From contig OY970194.1 in the NCBI GenBank assembly GCA_963708075.1, forward strand, positions 6,368,001-6,432,000: a stretch of DNA of 64,000 nt, written 5' to 3'. The notes beneath the pieces are model-generated. The model was not told the origin of the DNA. It did not search any database and was given only the letters and a program-made list of their open reading frames with translations. Positions within the stretch are counted from its first letter, which is position 1; each line of letters starts with the position of its first letter. Below, in pieces: positions 41,603 to 52,226 of this stretch. A program made the position numbers and the translations under genes. The stretch comes from Sedimentisphaerales bacterium (lineage in GTDB: Bacteria > Planctomycetota > Phycisphaerae > Sedimentisphaerales > Anaerobacaceae).

Positions 41603-42559
41603 ATGCTGTGCTTGATTCATAATTGGAAAAGAGCGAGTACGAATAGCCGTACGTTATGGGTCGTTCCTGCAGTCCTGGCCATACTGGCCGCGCTGACCTG
41701 GACTGTTGGGGCCCAGGAGACGAAACAGAGGACATTCTCGTCGCCCGAGGCGGCGTTGACGACCTTGGTGGAAGCATCGCAGGCCGGGGACAAGGAGAGT
41801 GTGTCGGCCATCCTGGGGCCTGAGAGTGAAGAACTCATCTCTTCCGGAGACCCGGTGTCGGACAAGGCGGATCGGGATCGGTTTCTGGCCGCCTATGCCG
41901 AGAAAGCCGATCTCGCCAAGACAGGGAACGACCGGGTCGAAGTCGTTCTTGGCAACGATAACTGGCCCTTCCCGATCCCTATCGTGAAGAAGGGGGACGG
42001 TTGGCTCTTTGACACCCAGGCGGGCAAAGAGGAGATTCTGAATCGGAGGATCGGCCGGGACGAGCTCAACACCATTGAGGTCTGCCAGGCCTACGTGGAA
42101 GCTCAGCACAAGTATGCCAGTGCGGACCGCGAGCAGGACGGGATTATCCAGTATGCGCAGAAGATTATCAGTGATCCAGGCAAGCGCGACGGCCTATATT
42201 GGCAAGTGGCAGAAGGAGAGGTCCCGAGCCCGTTAGGCCCATTCATGGCGAACGCGGCGACGGAGGGGTACAAGAAGGCTGACAAGCCGATTCCCTTTCA
42301 TGGATACTATTTCCGGATTCTGACGGGGCAGGGATTGAAAGCGGCGGGAGGGGCTTACAACTACGTGATCAATGGTCACATGGTGGCAGGGTTCGCGCTG
42401 GTGGCATGGCCGGCGGAGTATGGCAGTTCGGGGGTGATGACATTCATGGTGAACCGCAATGGGATCGTGTATGAAAAGGACCTGGGACCCGCGACTGAAG
42501 AAATAGCGAAGACGATAACGCTCTACAATCCGGACCAGACCTGGAGGAGGGCGCAGTAG
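41603..42559 (+). CDS. DUF2950 family protein
   Basis: FSSPEAA, WPFPIPIV, RRIGRDEL, PFHGYYFRIL, AWPAEYGSSGVMTF; usual partner of DUF3300. Confidence 0.9.
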   Translation: MLCLIHNWKRASTNSRTLWVVPAVLAILAALTWTVGAQETKQRTFSSPEAALTTLVEASQAGDKESVSAILGPESEELISSGDPVSDKADRDRFLAAYAEKADLAKTGNDRVEVVLGNDNWPFPIPIVKKGDGWLFDTQAGKEEILNRRIGRDELNTIEVCQAYVEAQHKYASADREQDGIIQYAQKIISDPGKRDGLYWQVAEGEVPSPLGPFMANAATEGYKKADKPIPFHGYYFRILTGQGLKAAGGAYNYVINGHMVAGFALVAWPAEYGSSGVMTFMVNRNGIVYEKDLGPATEEIAKTITLYNPDQTWRRAQ

Positions 42560-42635
42560 GCGTATCGGATCACGTCCCTGATTGACAAGCTTTCGGCTTG
42601 AAATGGCCAGGCCGATGCCGCCAGGGGATGGCTAC

Positions 42636-42682
42636 AAAAAACGAAACGGGGCGGGAGCGACGGTTGGTCGCTCACGCCCCGT
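42636..42682 (-). terminator. Rho-independent terminator
   Basis: ACGGGGCG..GAGCGAC/GTCGCTC..CGCCCCGT stem with T-tract on the minus strand. Confidence 0.6.
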
Positions 42683-42711
42683 GTGAAAACCGGTTCATAT
42701 TCTCCGGCGGA

Positions 42712-45700
42712 TTACTTCTTTTCCTCGCCGAGGTCGTCGTGGGTGCCGGCCACGGTGATGCTCTGGGTGGTCAGCAGCGACGGTTTGGTGTAGAGCATAA
42801 AGGACATGTCTTCGCTGCGGCCGGTCTGATCGGTCAGCTCGACCCAGGGGTAGTTGGCGGCGATGGTCATGTAGTTGATGGCCACGGCGTCGCTGTTGCT
42901 GCCGGCGCCGGCCAGCGTCATCACGTCCACTTCGCTCAGGGCGACCTTGAAGACGCGAACGTCATCGATCAGCCCGCTGAAGAACTCATCGTCGCCCGCG
43001 CCGTTGGCGCCGATGGCCAGCGTCGAAACCACAGGTGTGGTGAAACCTCTCTGCTGGGTCGCCGTTGCCACGAGCTGCCCATCGACGTAGATGTCCATGG
43101 CGCGGGTCATAGCGTCATACGTGGCGGCCACGTGGTACCATTGATTCGCCGTCAGGCTGTCCGGACCCTGCCACGTGTTCTGTCCGACGCGGAAGTGCAA
43201 ACGGCCCTCGGCGTCCAGCCACAGACCGAAGCGGTTGCCATTGAGGCTGGCGCGATCGTACTCCATGATCGCGTGCCACCGGCCCCGGGTCTCTCTCGGG
43301 AAGATCCACGCGGAGAGGGAGAACGAGTTGGGGGCGAAATTGAAGCCCTTGGGCCGCTCGACCTTGACGTAATCGCCTCGTGCGGCGAAATCAAGTGCAC
43401 CGGCGAGCCAGCCGCCATCGGGCCGCCAGACGGGCCGACCCATCAGAGTGCCATGGTTGCTATTGCCCGAGCTGTCGGCGGCGACGGTGCCGGTCCGCTC
43501 GTCGAGTTTCCAGTAGCCCAGCATATCGGCGCCCGACAGGTCCCACCCGCTGTGCGGATGGTTGGTCCAGCCCCACGGATAAACGATGGTCCTCGGGTCT
43601 TTGTACATCGCGACCACGCCGAGCCACAGGACGCCGTTCTTGCCGTCCTGACGGAACCAGTTGGCCTGCGGCAGGTGGACAGTGTAGCGATACACCGGCT
43701 CGGAGCCTCTGACGCTCGAGCTCGTGGGCTCAGGATGCTTATCGAAGCCGACCATGACTTCATCGAACTGCTCGGCCTTGTACTCCCAGAGTTTCTGGCC
43801 GGGATGGTTGAAGCCCTTCGTGCTGTCGGCGGCATCTGTCCAGATCGACAGCATGAAGTAGTCGGGCTTTCGCGGAGCGGGCATCTGGGTGCATTCACAG
43901 GCCTGATAGCCGTAGCCGATATATGAGCCCCACCAGGCGATGCCGGTGACCGGGGTGGTTCCGTGGCACCTCCAGTCATCGGCGACGATGCGTTGAAGCG
44001 TCGAGCCGGTCCCTGCCTGCTCGGTATCGATGGTGAACGCCAGGTCGATCCGTCTGCCCGAGGACGGATGCTCCCGCGGATAGCTCAGGTCTCTCCAGGA
44101 GCCCTGGAAAGGCTCGATGCCACTGCCCCAGACAGCGGCGTCATTCCAATTCGTGGCGGCTGTCTTCCAGCCGAACCGCGTGGCGGTACTGCCGGGCGGG
44201 TGAATCAGCGAGGCCTGGGCCACCAGCCAGTAGACGACCGGCTGGCTCGACGTGCCCGTCTGCCGGAATGCCTCGTTCGAGGGGATCCTGAAGGTGTACT
44301 TGTACACCATTCTGTGATTGTCACGATCATAGGTGCTATCGGCCGGGCTGTAGAAGCTCTCGGCTTGTCCCTGCTGCGGCTGGACGGTGAACCCGCCGCG
44401 AGAGAACTCCTTGCGCCACAGGACCCTGCCCGGCATGCTGAAGCCGGTGGGGCTGCGGGTCGCCGGGATGTCCTCGCGGATGCTCAGCGTGAACTCGGCG
44501 TTCTCCGCGCTGCCGCTGGGCAGAATATCCTCATACCAAGAACCCCAAAGTGTGATGCCTGTGATCGATCCGGTTGTTTTGCATTCGAAATCATCGCCGC
44601 AGATCGTGTCGGCCCCGGTCGGGGGGATGTCCGTGGTGATATCGACATCGACACCCGTCGTGGTCGTATCGGGGTTCTGTGTCCACTTGGCCACGGCGGA
44701 GGCGCTTTCGACGCCCTGAGACTTCTCATCCTCGTAGTGCGGCCAGTTGCGGAGTCCGCCAAAGACCTGCTCCCACTTGATGAACTCGGGATTGGTGGCC
44801 AGCTCGAACGCCATATCGTACGGGTCGAGCCTCTGACAGGTCAGCGAATCGGTGATCGGCTGGGCTGTAGCCACGTCCAGGGTATTACCCACGGCCAACT
44901 CGTTGCGGCGGACATCCGCCTTGACGGCGGCGTCCATCCACGACTGCGGCCGGGTCTTCCAACCCCAGAGGAACTCCGGTTCCGGCAGGCCGGTATAGAC
45001 CGCCGTGATGCTGATCCAGAAGATGCGGTCCGTCGTTTGCGTCTCTACGAAATCAGCCTGCAGGAAGTACTCGCGTTCCTGGAGCTCCAGCAGGTATTGG
45101 TAGGCGGTGTCCGCCGCCTTACGGGGGAACTGATCGCTGCCGACGCGTTCCTGCTGGACCCTGTCGGCGGGGACATTGATCAGCCAGAGGAGTCTGCCGG
45201 GCCGGCTGAACTGGTAGCCGGCGTCCGCCCGGACGTTGCTCCAGAACGCGATCCGCCAGGAATCAGGTTCTCTGCGGGGCGACGTGTCCTGGTCCCAGCC
45301 CGCGTACGAGCCCCACCAGTGAATCGTGGTCACCGGCATGTCGCCCGTGCAGCGGTAATCATCGGCTACGAGTCGCCAGGTGGCAGTGCCGCTCCCCAGC
45401 GGCTTGCTGACGTATGCCGGCTGATCCCAGCCGCAGTACACGGGCATCTGGGAATCCGGATCGTACTCGATTGGCGGCTGCGACCACTTCTGATGCTCCA
45501 GCGGCGGCTTGACCGGCACGAGGGCGTCCTCGACGCGGACCATGTAGTCCTCGACTTCGCCATCGGCGGCGAGGCCCTCATAATCCAGGCCTCGCACTGT
45601 GCTGAAGCGGAAGCGTGCGAACGTCTCACCCGCCGCGGCCTTCGCCGGGACGGCTAACGTCAGCCGGTTGACGCCGGCGGTCAGTGTGGTATCGACGAAA

Positions 45701-47952
45701 ACGTGCTCGCCTGCGTCGTCCCAATCCCCGTCGGCATTCCAGTCGAACCACGCATTGAGGCTGCCCTGCACGGAGGCGGTGACTTGGACGTCGGCCGTTT
45801 CACCAACGACCAGGCTGGCGAACACCACGCCGTCCTCATCATCGACGCCATTACTGTCGTCACCGGTGGCCAGGGCATTGGGCTGGCCGTCAAACTCGCC
45901 GTCCACACGGCTGCCGAGGTAGACCGTCGGGGAAATCAGGTGGCTGGCGCCATTGCTGACCGACAGTGTCGAGTATGTTGGATCAGGGGCATCGCCGAAA
46001 TCAGTATCCGCCATGTCCGGGCCCGTGATGACGAAGGCCAGGTCGAGGGGTTTGCCCGCGTATTCATGTTCGTCCGGATAGGCCATGGACAGCCATCCAA
46101 ACACCGGATGACGCCAGACAGCCTTATCGCTGAACTGCAGTCTCTGCTCGGTCGTCTCCCACCCGAACGCGTACGTGGCGTCTTCCTCATGCTTCTGTTG
46201 AATCTCCATCCAGTAGATAGTGCCTTGCTTCTGGACGAACGGCTTGTCGCTGTCCTCGAAGCAGATGTCGTACTGGAAGATTCGTTTGTCGTTCTCGGGC
46301 AGGTATAGCTTGGTCGTCGGGTCGAACCAACCCCTTTTGATGGAGCCCGAGACGTCGTGGAAATCGTAGCTGTACGGCCGGATTTCCTTGGTCCAGAGCA
46401 ACTCTCCGGGCCGGCTCCACGGGGTCTGGACGTCCGCCGGCTTGTTCGAGTAGATGTTGATCACGAACGCCAGGCTGTCCACGCTGAACGGCGGCAACAG
46501 GTCGTTCTGGAAGGAACCCCAGAAGTGAATCTCATTGATCGGACCGTTCTGGGTGCATCGGAAGTCGTCCGCGAGGCTCGTCCAGTACGTGGACACGTCC
46601 ATGCCGGTCCTCTGCTTGTCGGGCAGTTGAGCCCAGTGCATCTTATGCGAATCGCCGTTTACCCACTCGCAGAACTTCAACGGCTCGTTGGTCTTGAGCA
46701 GATAGTCTTCCGTCTCGCCGTCCGCGAAGACCCCGTCGCCGTTCCAGCCTTGCTGAACCTGGCGATCGGAGATGGTGAATCTGGCCCAGACGTATCCGCC
46801 GAGCGGCCCGATCTTGAAATTGGGAGGTCGAAGCGCGGACAGTGGCCCGCTATAGCCGGCCGGCACGGGGAAGTTGACGATCACGTGCTCGGGCACCGCG
46901 CCGTCGGGGCACTGTGCGGAACCCTGCCATTTGCCGTCCTGGTTCCAGTCGAACAGGATGTTCACATAGGCTTCACGCTGATCTTGTCTGTTGTTGGTGA
47001 CCTCGATGTCGATGGTCGCATCCCAGACGGCGGTGAGGCAGGCGTTTCCAAGTGATTCCAGAACCGTGAAATTCAACGCTCCCACGGTCCCGGTGGATGT
47101 CTTGACCGTGTATCCCCTGGGCTTGATCAGGCCGGCATCGCCATCCAGTTGTTTCTCGTCCTGGTTGTACAGGTCCGGGCTGAACGCGGGGCACTTGCCG
47201 CCGTTGCCGTCGGCCTCCAGGTCCACCTTGGGCCCGAAGTAGCAGGTCTGGCTTTGGTGCTCGACCCAGGCGGCCGGGCCCACGCCTACGCACGTCGGGA
47301 ACAAGCCCAGGACGCCGGTGGATGGATAGGCCAGGACCCCTTCGGGGGCGTCGCCGAAGTCACGATTGCCCGTGGGAGGAACGGGGGTGCCTTTGGATAC
47401 GCACTCATGTTGAATCCGCCCCTGTATGGTGACATTCTCGCCGCGGATGTCGATAGAGACCCACTGGGGGCAGAACTCCTCGATCTCGAAATTCGTGCTG
47501 ATGGCCTGCGTCCCGCGCACGGTGGTCCGGGGGAGAATCGTCTGGCGCAGGATGTAGAGCCGCTCGTGGTCGGGATTGGCTACTCGCGCCGGCAGGGGAG
47601 GCTCGGTCTGCGTGGCCGGCCAATCCAGGCTGGTCCAGTTCACAGCGATCTCGACAGTGCCGCTTTGCGTGGAGTCCAGCAGGTCCAGGGAGACGTCCAC
47701 CGTGATGACTTTCTTGAGGTCGCGATTTGGCCTGTCATTGAAGAACCACTGCGCCAACCAGTCCGTGTTGGGGTAGTAGTACCAGGAGCCGTGGTTGTAG
47801 CCGGTCCCCGATCCATCCATGATTTCCCCGTTTTGACCGACATCGACCGCGAATTGGTCTTGCACGGCGCTCGCGGTACCCAGCCCCACACACAGGACCA
47901 GCACGAGGACAGCGACCGTAAACCTGCTCAGCACTTCCTTCAGACCACTCAT
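42712..47952 (-). CDS. Large secreted protein with two GEVED domains, four ADD[FYW]xC..WGS repeat domains and a LamG-like domain
   Basis: GGGAGG RBS, signal peptide; DFGDAP..GETEDY and DFGDAP..GEVEDY; four repeat units; GYWKLDE..WYHVAATYD..FSGLIDDVRVF. Confidence 0.85.
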   Translation of the reverse strand: MSGLKEVLSRFTVAVLVLVLCVGLGTASAVQDQFAVDVGQNGEIMDGSGTGYNHGSWYYYPNTDWLAQWFFNDRPNRDLKKVITVDVSLDLLDSTQSGTVEIAVNWTSLDWPATQTEPPLPARVANPDHERLYILRQTILPRTTVRGTQAISTNFEIEEFCPQWVSIDIRGENVTIQGRIQHECVSKGTPVPPTGNRDFGDAPEGVLAYPSTGVLGLFPTCVGVGPAAWVEHQSQTCYFGPKVDLEADGNGGKCPAFSPDLYNQDEKQLDGDAGLIKPRGYTVKTSTGTVGALNFTVLESLGNACLTAVWDATIDIEVTNNRQDQREAYVNILFDWNQDGKWQGSAQCPDGAVPEHVIVNFPVPAGYSGPLSALRPPNFKIGPLGGYVWARFTISDRQVQQGWNGDGVFADGETEDYLLKTNEPLKFCEWVNGDSHKMHWAQLPDKQRTGMDVSTYWTSLADDFRCTQNGPINEIHFWGSFQNDLLPPFSVDSLAFVINIYSNKPADVQTPWSRPGELLWTKEIRPYSYDFHDVSGSIKRGWFDPTTKLYLPENDKRIFQYDICFEDSDKPFVQKQGTIYWMEIQQKHEEDATYAFGWETTEQRLQFSDKAVWRHPVFGWLSMAYPDEHEYAGKPLDLAFVITGPDMADTDFGDAPDPTYSTLSVSNGASHLISPTVYLGSRVDGEFDGQPNALATGDDSNGVDDEDGVVFASLVVGETADVQVTASVQGSLNAWFDWNADGDWDDAGEHVFVDTTLTAGVNRLTLAVPAKAAAGETFARFRFSTVRGLDYEGLAADGEVEDYMVRVEDALVPVKPPLEHQKWSQPPIEYDPDSQMPVYCGWDQPAYVSKPLGSGTATWRLVADDYRCTGDMPVTTIHWWGSYAGWDQDTSPRREPDSWRIAFWSNVRADAGYQFSRPGRLLWLINVPADRVQQERVGSDQFPRKAADTAYQYLLELQEREYFLQADFVETQTTDRIFWISITAVYTGLPEPEFLWGWKTRPQSWMDAAVKADVRRNELAVGNTLDVATAQPITDSLTCQRLDPYDMAFELATNPEFIKWEQVFGGLRNWPHYEDEKSQGVESASAVAKWTQNPDTTTTGVDVDITTDIPPTGADTICGDDFECKTTGSITGITLWGSWYEDILPSGSAENAEFTLSIREDIPATRSPTGFSMPGRVLWRKEFSRGGFTVQPQQGQAESFYSPADSTYDRDNHRMVYKYTFRIPSNEAFRQTGTSSQPVVYWLVAQASLIHPPGSTATRFGWKTAATNWNDAAVWGSGIEPFQGSWRDLSYPREHPSSGRRIDLAFTIDTEQAGTGSTLQRIVADDWRCHGTTPVTGIAWWGSYIGYGYQACECTQMPAPRKPDYFMLSIWTDAADSTKGFNHPGQKLWEYKAEQFDEVMVGFDKHPEPTSSSVRGSEPVYRYTVHLPQANWFRQDGKNGVLWLGVVAMYKDPRTIVYPWGWTNHPHSGWDLSGADMLGYWKLDERTGTVAADSSGNSNHGTLMGRPVWRPDGGWLAGALDFAARGDYVKVERPKGFNFAPNSFSLSAWIFPRETRGRWHAIMEYDRASLNGNRFGLWLDAEGRLHFRVGQNTWQGPDSLTANQWYHVAATYDAMTRAMDIYVDGQLVATATQQRGFTTPVVSTLAIGANGAGDDEFFSGLIDDVRVFKVALSEVDVMTLAGAGSNSDAVAINYMTIAANYPWVELTDQTGRSEDMSFMLYTKPSLLTTQSITVAGTHDDLGEEKK

Positions 47953-47969
47953 AACATACCTCCCATAAG

Positions 47970-48003
47970 TATCTCGAATATCGCCATTCGAATTTCGAAT
48001 ATT
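47970..48003. repeat. Heptamer tandem repeat (ATTTCGA-like)
   Basis: ATCTCGA ATATCGC CATTCGA ATTTCGA ATATT just upstream of the large gene's RBS. Confidence 0.6.
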
Positions 48004-48524
48004 GACGGCGCACGGCGACCGTGATTCGTCCCAGAAGGAATCGACCTGTGTGGCTCTGTCCTCAAGCAAAAAGCGCGGCCTTGAAGTGAAAATCACTTCC
48101 GCCACCTCCGAGAATGTTATCGAACTGAAAAATCACCGTATCACTGGCGACACGATGCATGATTCTGCGTCTGCACCCCAGACGCAAGGTTTTGTGTCTC
48201 AATTTATCGGACCGGCCGCCCCAGCCGCCCTCAGTCAAAACCACATCCAGGCGGGTCCCCAATGGGGTAGCCGCCTCCATTGACTCTCGGCTGGGGTGTA
48301 AGGGCAAGTCTCAAACCCACCCCTACGAACCGGCCGGTGAAATAGAGTGCCACAATGACCTGAATATATAACGGAATTGTTGGGGATTTGTCCCGGCCGA
48401 GTCCCCGGAGGCTCTGGCACGGATTACACACGAGTTCATCGTAGCACCCCATGAAGCCTTGAGGGGCTCTGCGTTTGCCTTGACTGCTGCTTGAGGAAAG
48501 GGGCGGAAGCGGTACAATCCAGGC

Positions 48525-49664
48525 ATGAAGAGACTGTATTGGACAGAGCCTGACGTATTCGAAGCGCAAGTCGAGGTCACCGTGGCTGGGCCGAACAAGG
48601 TCACGATCGAGCCGGTCCTCTTTCATCCCGAGGAGGGTGGCCAGCCGGCGGATAGAGGCTTCATCGGCGAGGCCGTCGTGTGCGACGTCCAACTCGTGCA
48701 GGGCAGGGTGGAGCACACACTGGACCGGCCGCTCCCGGCTGGCAGGTACATCGCTCGCGTGGACAGTGAGCGACGGCTGTCCACGGCGGGCCAGCACACG
48801 GCTCAGCATATCTTGTCGGGCATCGCTGCGGCGAGGTTCGGCCTGGCGACCGTGGGCGTGCATATCGGGCTCGACGGCTCCACGATCGACTTCGACAAGA
48901 AGACCGATTGGGATATCGTGCGGGATCTGGAACGACTGGCCATGGAAGCGGTCATGCTCGATGTCCCGGTCGAGACGGCGCTGGATGATGATGCCGCGAA
49001 CGCTCGCAGTCGCCTGGGTCCGATTGAGGCGGATGTGATCCGCGTGGTCCGGATCGGCGATTACGACAGATCGGCCTGCTGCGGCGCCCACGTCAGATCC
49101 ACCGGCCGGATCGGGATCATCCGGGTGTTTGACCTGGAGAACAGAAAGGGTGGGACTCGTCTGTCGTTCACGGCCGGAAGGAGGGCCATCGAGCAGTCAC
49201 AATTCGAGACGGCCATCCTGCGAGAGCTGCGCAAAACCGCCGGCTGCGCCACGAGCGATCTGCCCTCGTTCCTGCAGAAGACCGTGGAGCGGACGAAAGA
49301 ACTGGCCAAGGAGATCGACCGGCTGTGGTCTTCGCGACTGGCGGATTTGGCGGAATCGGCCAGGGTCGCCGCGGTCGGCTCGTCCAAAGTGGGTATCCAC
49401 ATCGGCGAATTGCCAAGGGGGCTGGTTACAACGCTGGCGGGCATGATCGCCGAAGCGGTGGATGGCGCCGGCATCGTTATCAGCGCCGGCCAGATCGCCG
49501 TCAGCTCCAGGACCCTGGATGCCGGCGGCCTCCTCAAGCAGATTCAGAGCCACGCCGGCGGCAAAGGGGGAGGGTCGCCCAAGGCCGCCAATGGCAGGCT
49601 CGACAAGCCCCTGACGGAAGAGACGCTGTTGGCGATTCTCGCGGATTCACACGAGAGCCGGTAG
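48525..49664 (+). CDS. Alanyl-tRNA editing protein (AlaX family with DHHA1 domain)
   Basis: HPEEGGQPAD, QHTAQHILS and CCGAHV zinc-binding motifs, GGKGGGS. Confidence 0.9.
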   Translation: MKRLYWTEPDVFEAQVEVTVAGPNKVTIEPVLFHPEEGGQPADRGFIGEAVVCDVQLVQGRVEHTLDRPLPAGRYIARVDSERRLSTAGQHTAQHILSGIAAARFGLATVGVHIGLDGSTIDFDKKTDWDIVRDLERLAMEAVMLDVPVETALDDDAANARSRLGPIEADVIRVVRIGDYDRSACCGAHVRSTGRIGIIRVFDLENRKGGTRLSFTAGRRAIEQSQFETAILRELRKTAGCATSDLPSFLQKTVERTKELAKEIDRLWSSRLADLAESARVAAVGSSKVGIHIGELPRGLVTTLAGMIAEAVDGAGIVISAGQIAVSSRTLDAGGLLKQIQSHAGGKGGGSPKAANGRLDKPLTEETLLAILADSHESR

Positions 49665-50063
49665 CAACAGAAGACCGCAGTCCACCAGGGCATCGCGGCG
49701 GATGGGCAAAATGATTCGGCGCCTTCCATCCGTGAGCCTTTCAAAGCTGCCGAATGCGTAACTCCCCTACGCACCCTCTTTGCGAACTCGCACGTATGCA
49801 TAAACAGATAAAAGGGTAAAAACCGGTAGTTTATGTATTTCAAAATAGTGTGCAGCGAAAGGAAAACCAGGCGAGGTTCGCACGGCGGATTGTTGACAAC
49901 GGTTGTCTGACCGGGCTCCTGCTCTCCTTGGCCGGATACAGCAGGGTTGAGACCTTGGGGTGCGGCGTAATGCAGAGTATGCAGTCCGGAGCCTTGCCAA
50001 TGAATGTCCTGTGACGACCTCCTTCCTGAGAGCTTGCGGGACAAGAACTGAAAGGATGCAACC

Positions 50064-50246
50064 ATGGGTCTGTTAGCATGGGCATTGATCTTCCTGATCG
50101 TGGCGATTATCGCCGCGGTATTCGGATTTGGCGGGATTGCAACGGCATCGGCCGGCATCGCCCGCGTGTTGTTCTTTATCTTCCTGGTTGTCTTTGTCGT
50201 CCTGTTGCTTATGGGTCTGCTCGGCGGGCGAGGAATCACTGCATAG
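50064..50246 (+). CDS. DUF1328 small membrane protein
   Basis: [36 protein letters not shown]. Confidence 0.92.
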   Translation: MGLLAWALIFLIVAIIAAVFGFGGIATASAGIARVLFFIFLVVFVVLLLMGLLGGRGITA

Positions 50247-50857
50247 CGGGTTGGACCCATGGCGGACAGGAACCAGGAGCAGCCCGGCCGCGAGTAAAGA
50301 GAAGAATGAGACAGCTTTCAGCGGCAATGACACTCGCGGCCGGGCCTTCTGCGGAGAGCTTGCGCAAAGAGGCTACGGGTGATCTGTTTCTTCATGGACC
50401 GTCCGAAAAAAACACGAAATGCATGTTTTTTGCTTGACAATTGTGGTCTAGTAGTCATATAAATATCAGTGTTCGCCATGCAAGAAGCCAAGACCATGTG
50501 GTGGACGAGCCTCCATGGAGGAGGTAGAAGACACGCGACAGGGGTCACTGTCGCACACGGAAGGCAGGGAGTAGTCTGACATTTGGAAAGGGAGGTCTGG
50601 AGCGGTGAGCGATTAACACTTCTTATCGGGAACACATCCCCACGACGTGAAGCCAAGTCTCAGTGCGCCGATGACAAAGGCGGTTGAGTTCTGTGGTTGA
50701 GTATCTTGAAGCCGATCTCTGTTGACGTGCAGGATTTGGCTTGTGCGACGCGCGGGTAGAGTTGGCGGGTTCTTTACAGGGTGATCGTTGTCCTCGCGCT
50801 GAGTGCGCGAGGACGCATGGATACAGGTAACGATGTTTCGGAGATGGAGGAGCCATC

Positions 50858-51526
50858 ATGGGACACGGATGTCGCGTTTGCGCGGTGTTGTTGCTGGTAG
50901 TAGGGATGTTCGGTACGGCCCAGGCTGTCAGCACGTATTCGGGAAGCCTCAGCTATGACGGCGGGGGGATCACAGGCACCTACGGCAATTTCTGGCTGGC
51001 CAGCGGAACCGCGTTGGACTGGTCGGTCAATGCAAACGGCAATGGGACGTACACCTATACCTACGAGTTGCAGGTCCCGGACGATTCCAAAGAAATCAGC
51101 CACATGACGATAGAGGTCTCGCCCAGCTTTACGAGCAGCAACTTGCTGGAGGTCCTCCAAGGCACGATTGCTGACGACCAACCGGACGACTATCCGAAAG
51201 GCGGCGCCGATCCGGGCATGCCCAGCTCTCTTTGGGGCATCAAGTTCGAAGGAGGTGCCGGCGAAACGGACTTTGATTGGACGGTGTCTTTCATATCCGA
51301 TCGTGCCCCGGTCTGGGGTGATTTCTACGCCGTCGACGGCAAAAGGCCGGGCGCCGTAACAGCGATCTGGAACGCTGGATTCGGAAATCCGGATTTCGAC
51401 GGACCCACCGACCATATCATGGTGCCGGATTCGACCAACCATACCACCCCCGCTCCGGGAGCGATTCTGCTGGCGGGCGTTGGAATGGCCCTGGTGAGAC
51501 ATATTCGGACACGGCGCTGGGTGTAA
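50858..51526 (+). CDS. PEP-CTERM-like sorted surface protein
   Basis: GGAGG RBS, signal peptide, PVWGDFYAVDG, C-terminal TPAPGAILL + TM + basic tail. Confidence 0.85.
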   Translation: MGHGCRVCAVLLLVVGMFGTAQAVSTYSGSLSYDGGGITGTYGNFWLASGTALDWSVNANGNGTYTYTYELQVPDDSKEISHMTIEVSPSFTSSNLLEVLQGTIADDQPDDYPKGGADPGMPSSLWGIKFEGGAGETDFDWTVSFISDRAPVWGDFYAVDGKRPGAVTAIWNAGFGNPDFDGPTDHIMVPDSTNHTTPAPGAILLAGVGMALVRHIRTRRWV

Positions 51527-52226
51527 CACCATGATCATTCACGGATGGGCGGGCCGGTGATCCTTCACGACTTTCGATCACCAGCCCGTCCTTCCGTTTT
51601 TCAGATTTCAGGCCTACCTCACTTCTACCACAGAAGGTCGCATCTCCGTCGCTCTTGGCGGGCGGCATCTCCATCTGTCAATCAGATCGATTGAGCATTC
51701 CCCTTAGGCCTTCCTGAGCATAATGCGTATTCAACACTCCGAGCAGAATGCCGTATATGCGCTTGGAGCTATCCAAGTCGCGCGGCTGGTTGCGCGGATG
51801 GATTGTGGAGCGAAAATGACACCGCACCCGTTGGGTCGTCCACAGAGCAGGCAGGAGCCGTTGCGATGAGCCCCTGATGCGGAAGGCGTCAGCGGATTGC
51901 CGGATCTCGATGAAGGCTTATCATCCACCCAGGGGTGGGCCGACACGCCGATGATGGTCGTGCGTCTCCCCAAAATTGGATGCCGGATTCAGTGCGGGGA
52001 CTCAGCGGGCGGCAGGTGCCATGGTGACTCGGCGATGCCGAGAAAACATATAAGAACCGAGGCGATGCGTCCCAGGACGCGTGCCTCAATTGAACCACCG
52101 GTGCGGGGACGCACCACGACGCTCGAGAAGGTCGGCGGTTTGTAGTGACGCCGTGAGACGTTCTTCTTGATGCCTTTACGAGCACACTACGAGCTGCCGG
52201 CCTGATCGGGTAGAGCTCGGGCGCCA

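Noticed and set aside
50300..50850. Long intergenic region upstream of the PEP-CTERM-like gene as ncRNA or small ORFs
   Set aside because: A TTGACA at 50434 suggests a promoter, but no convincing ORF or RNA structure was identifiable
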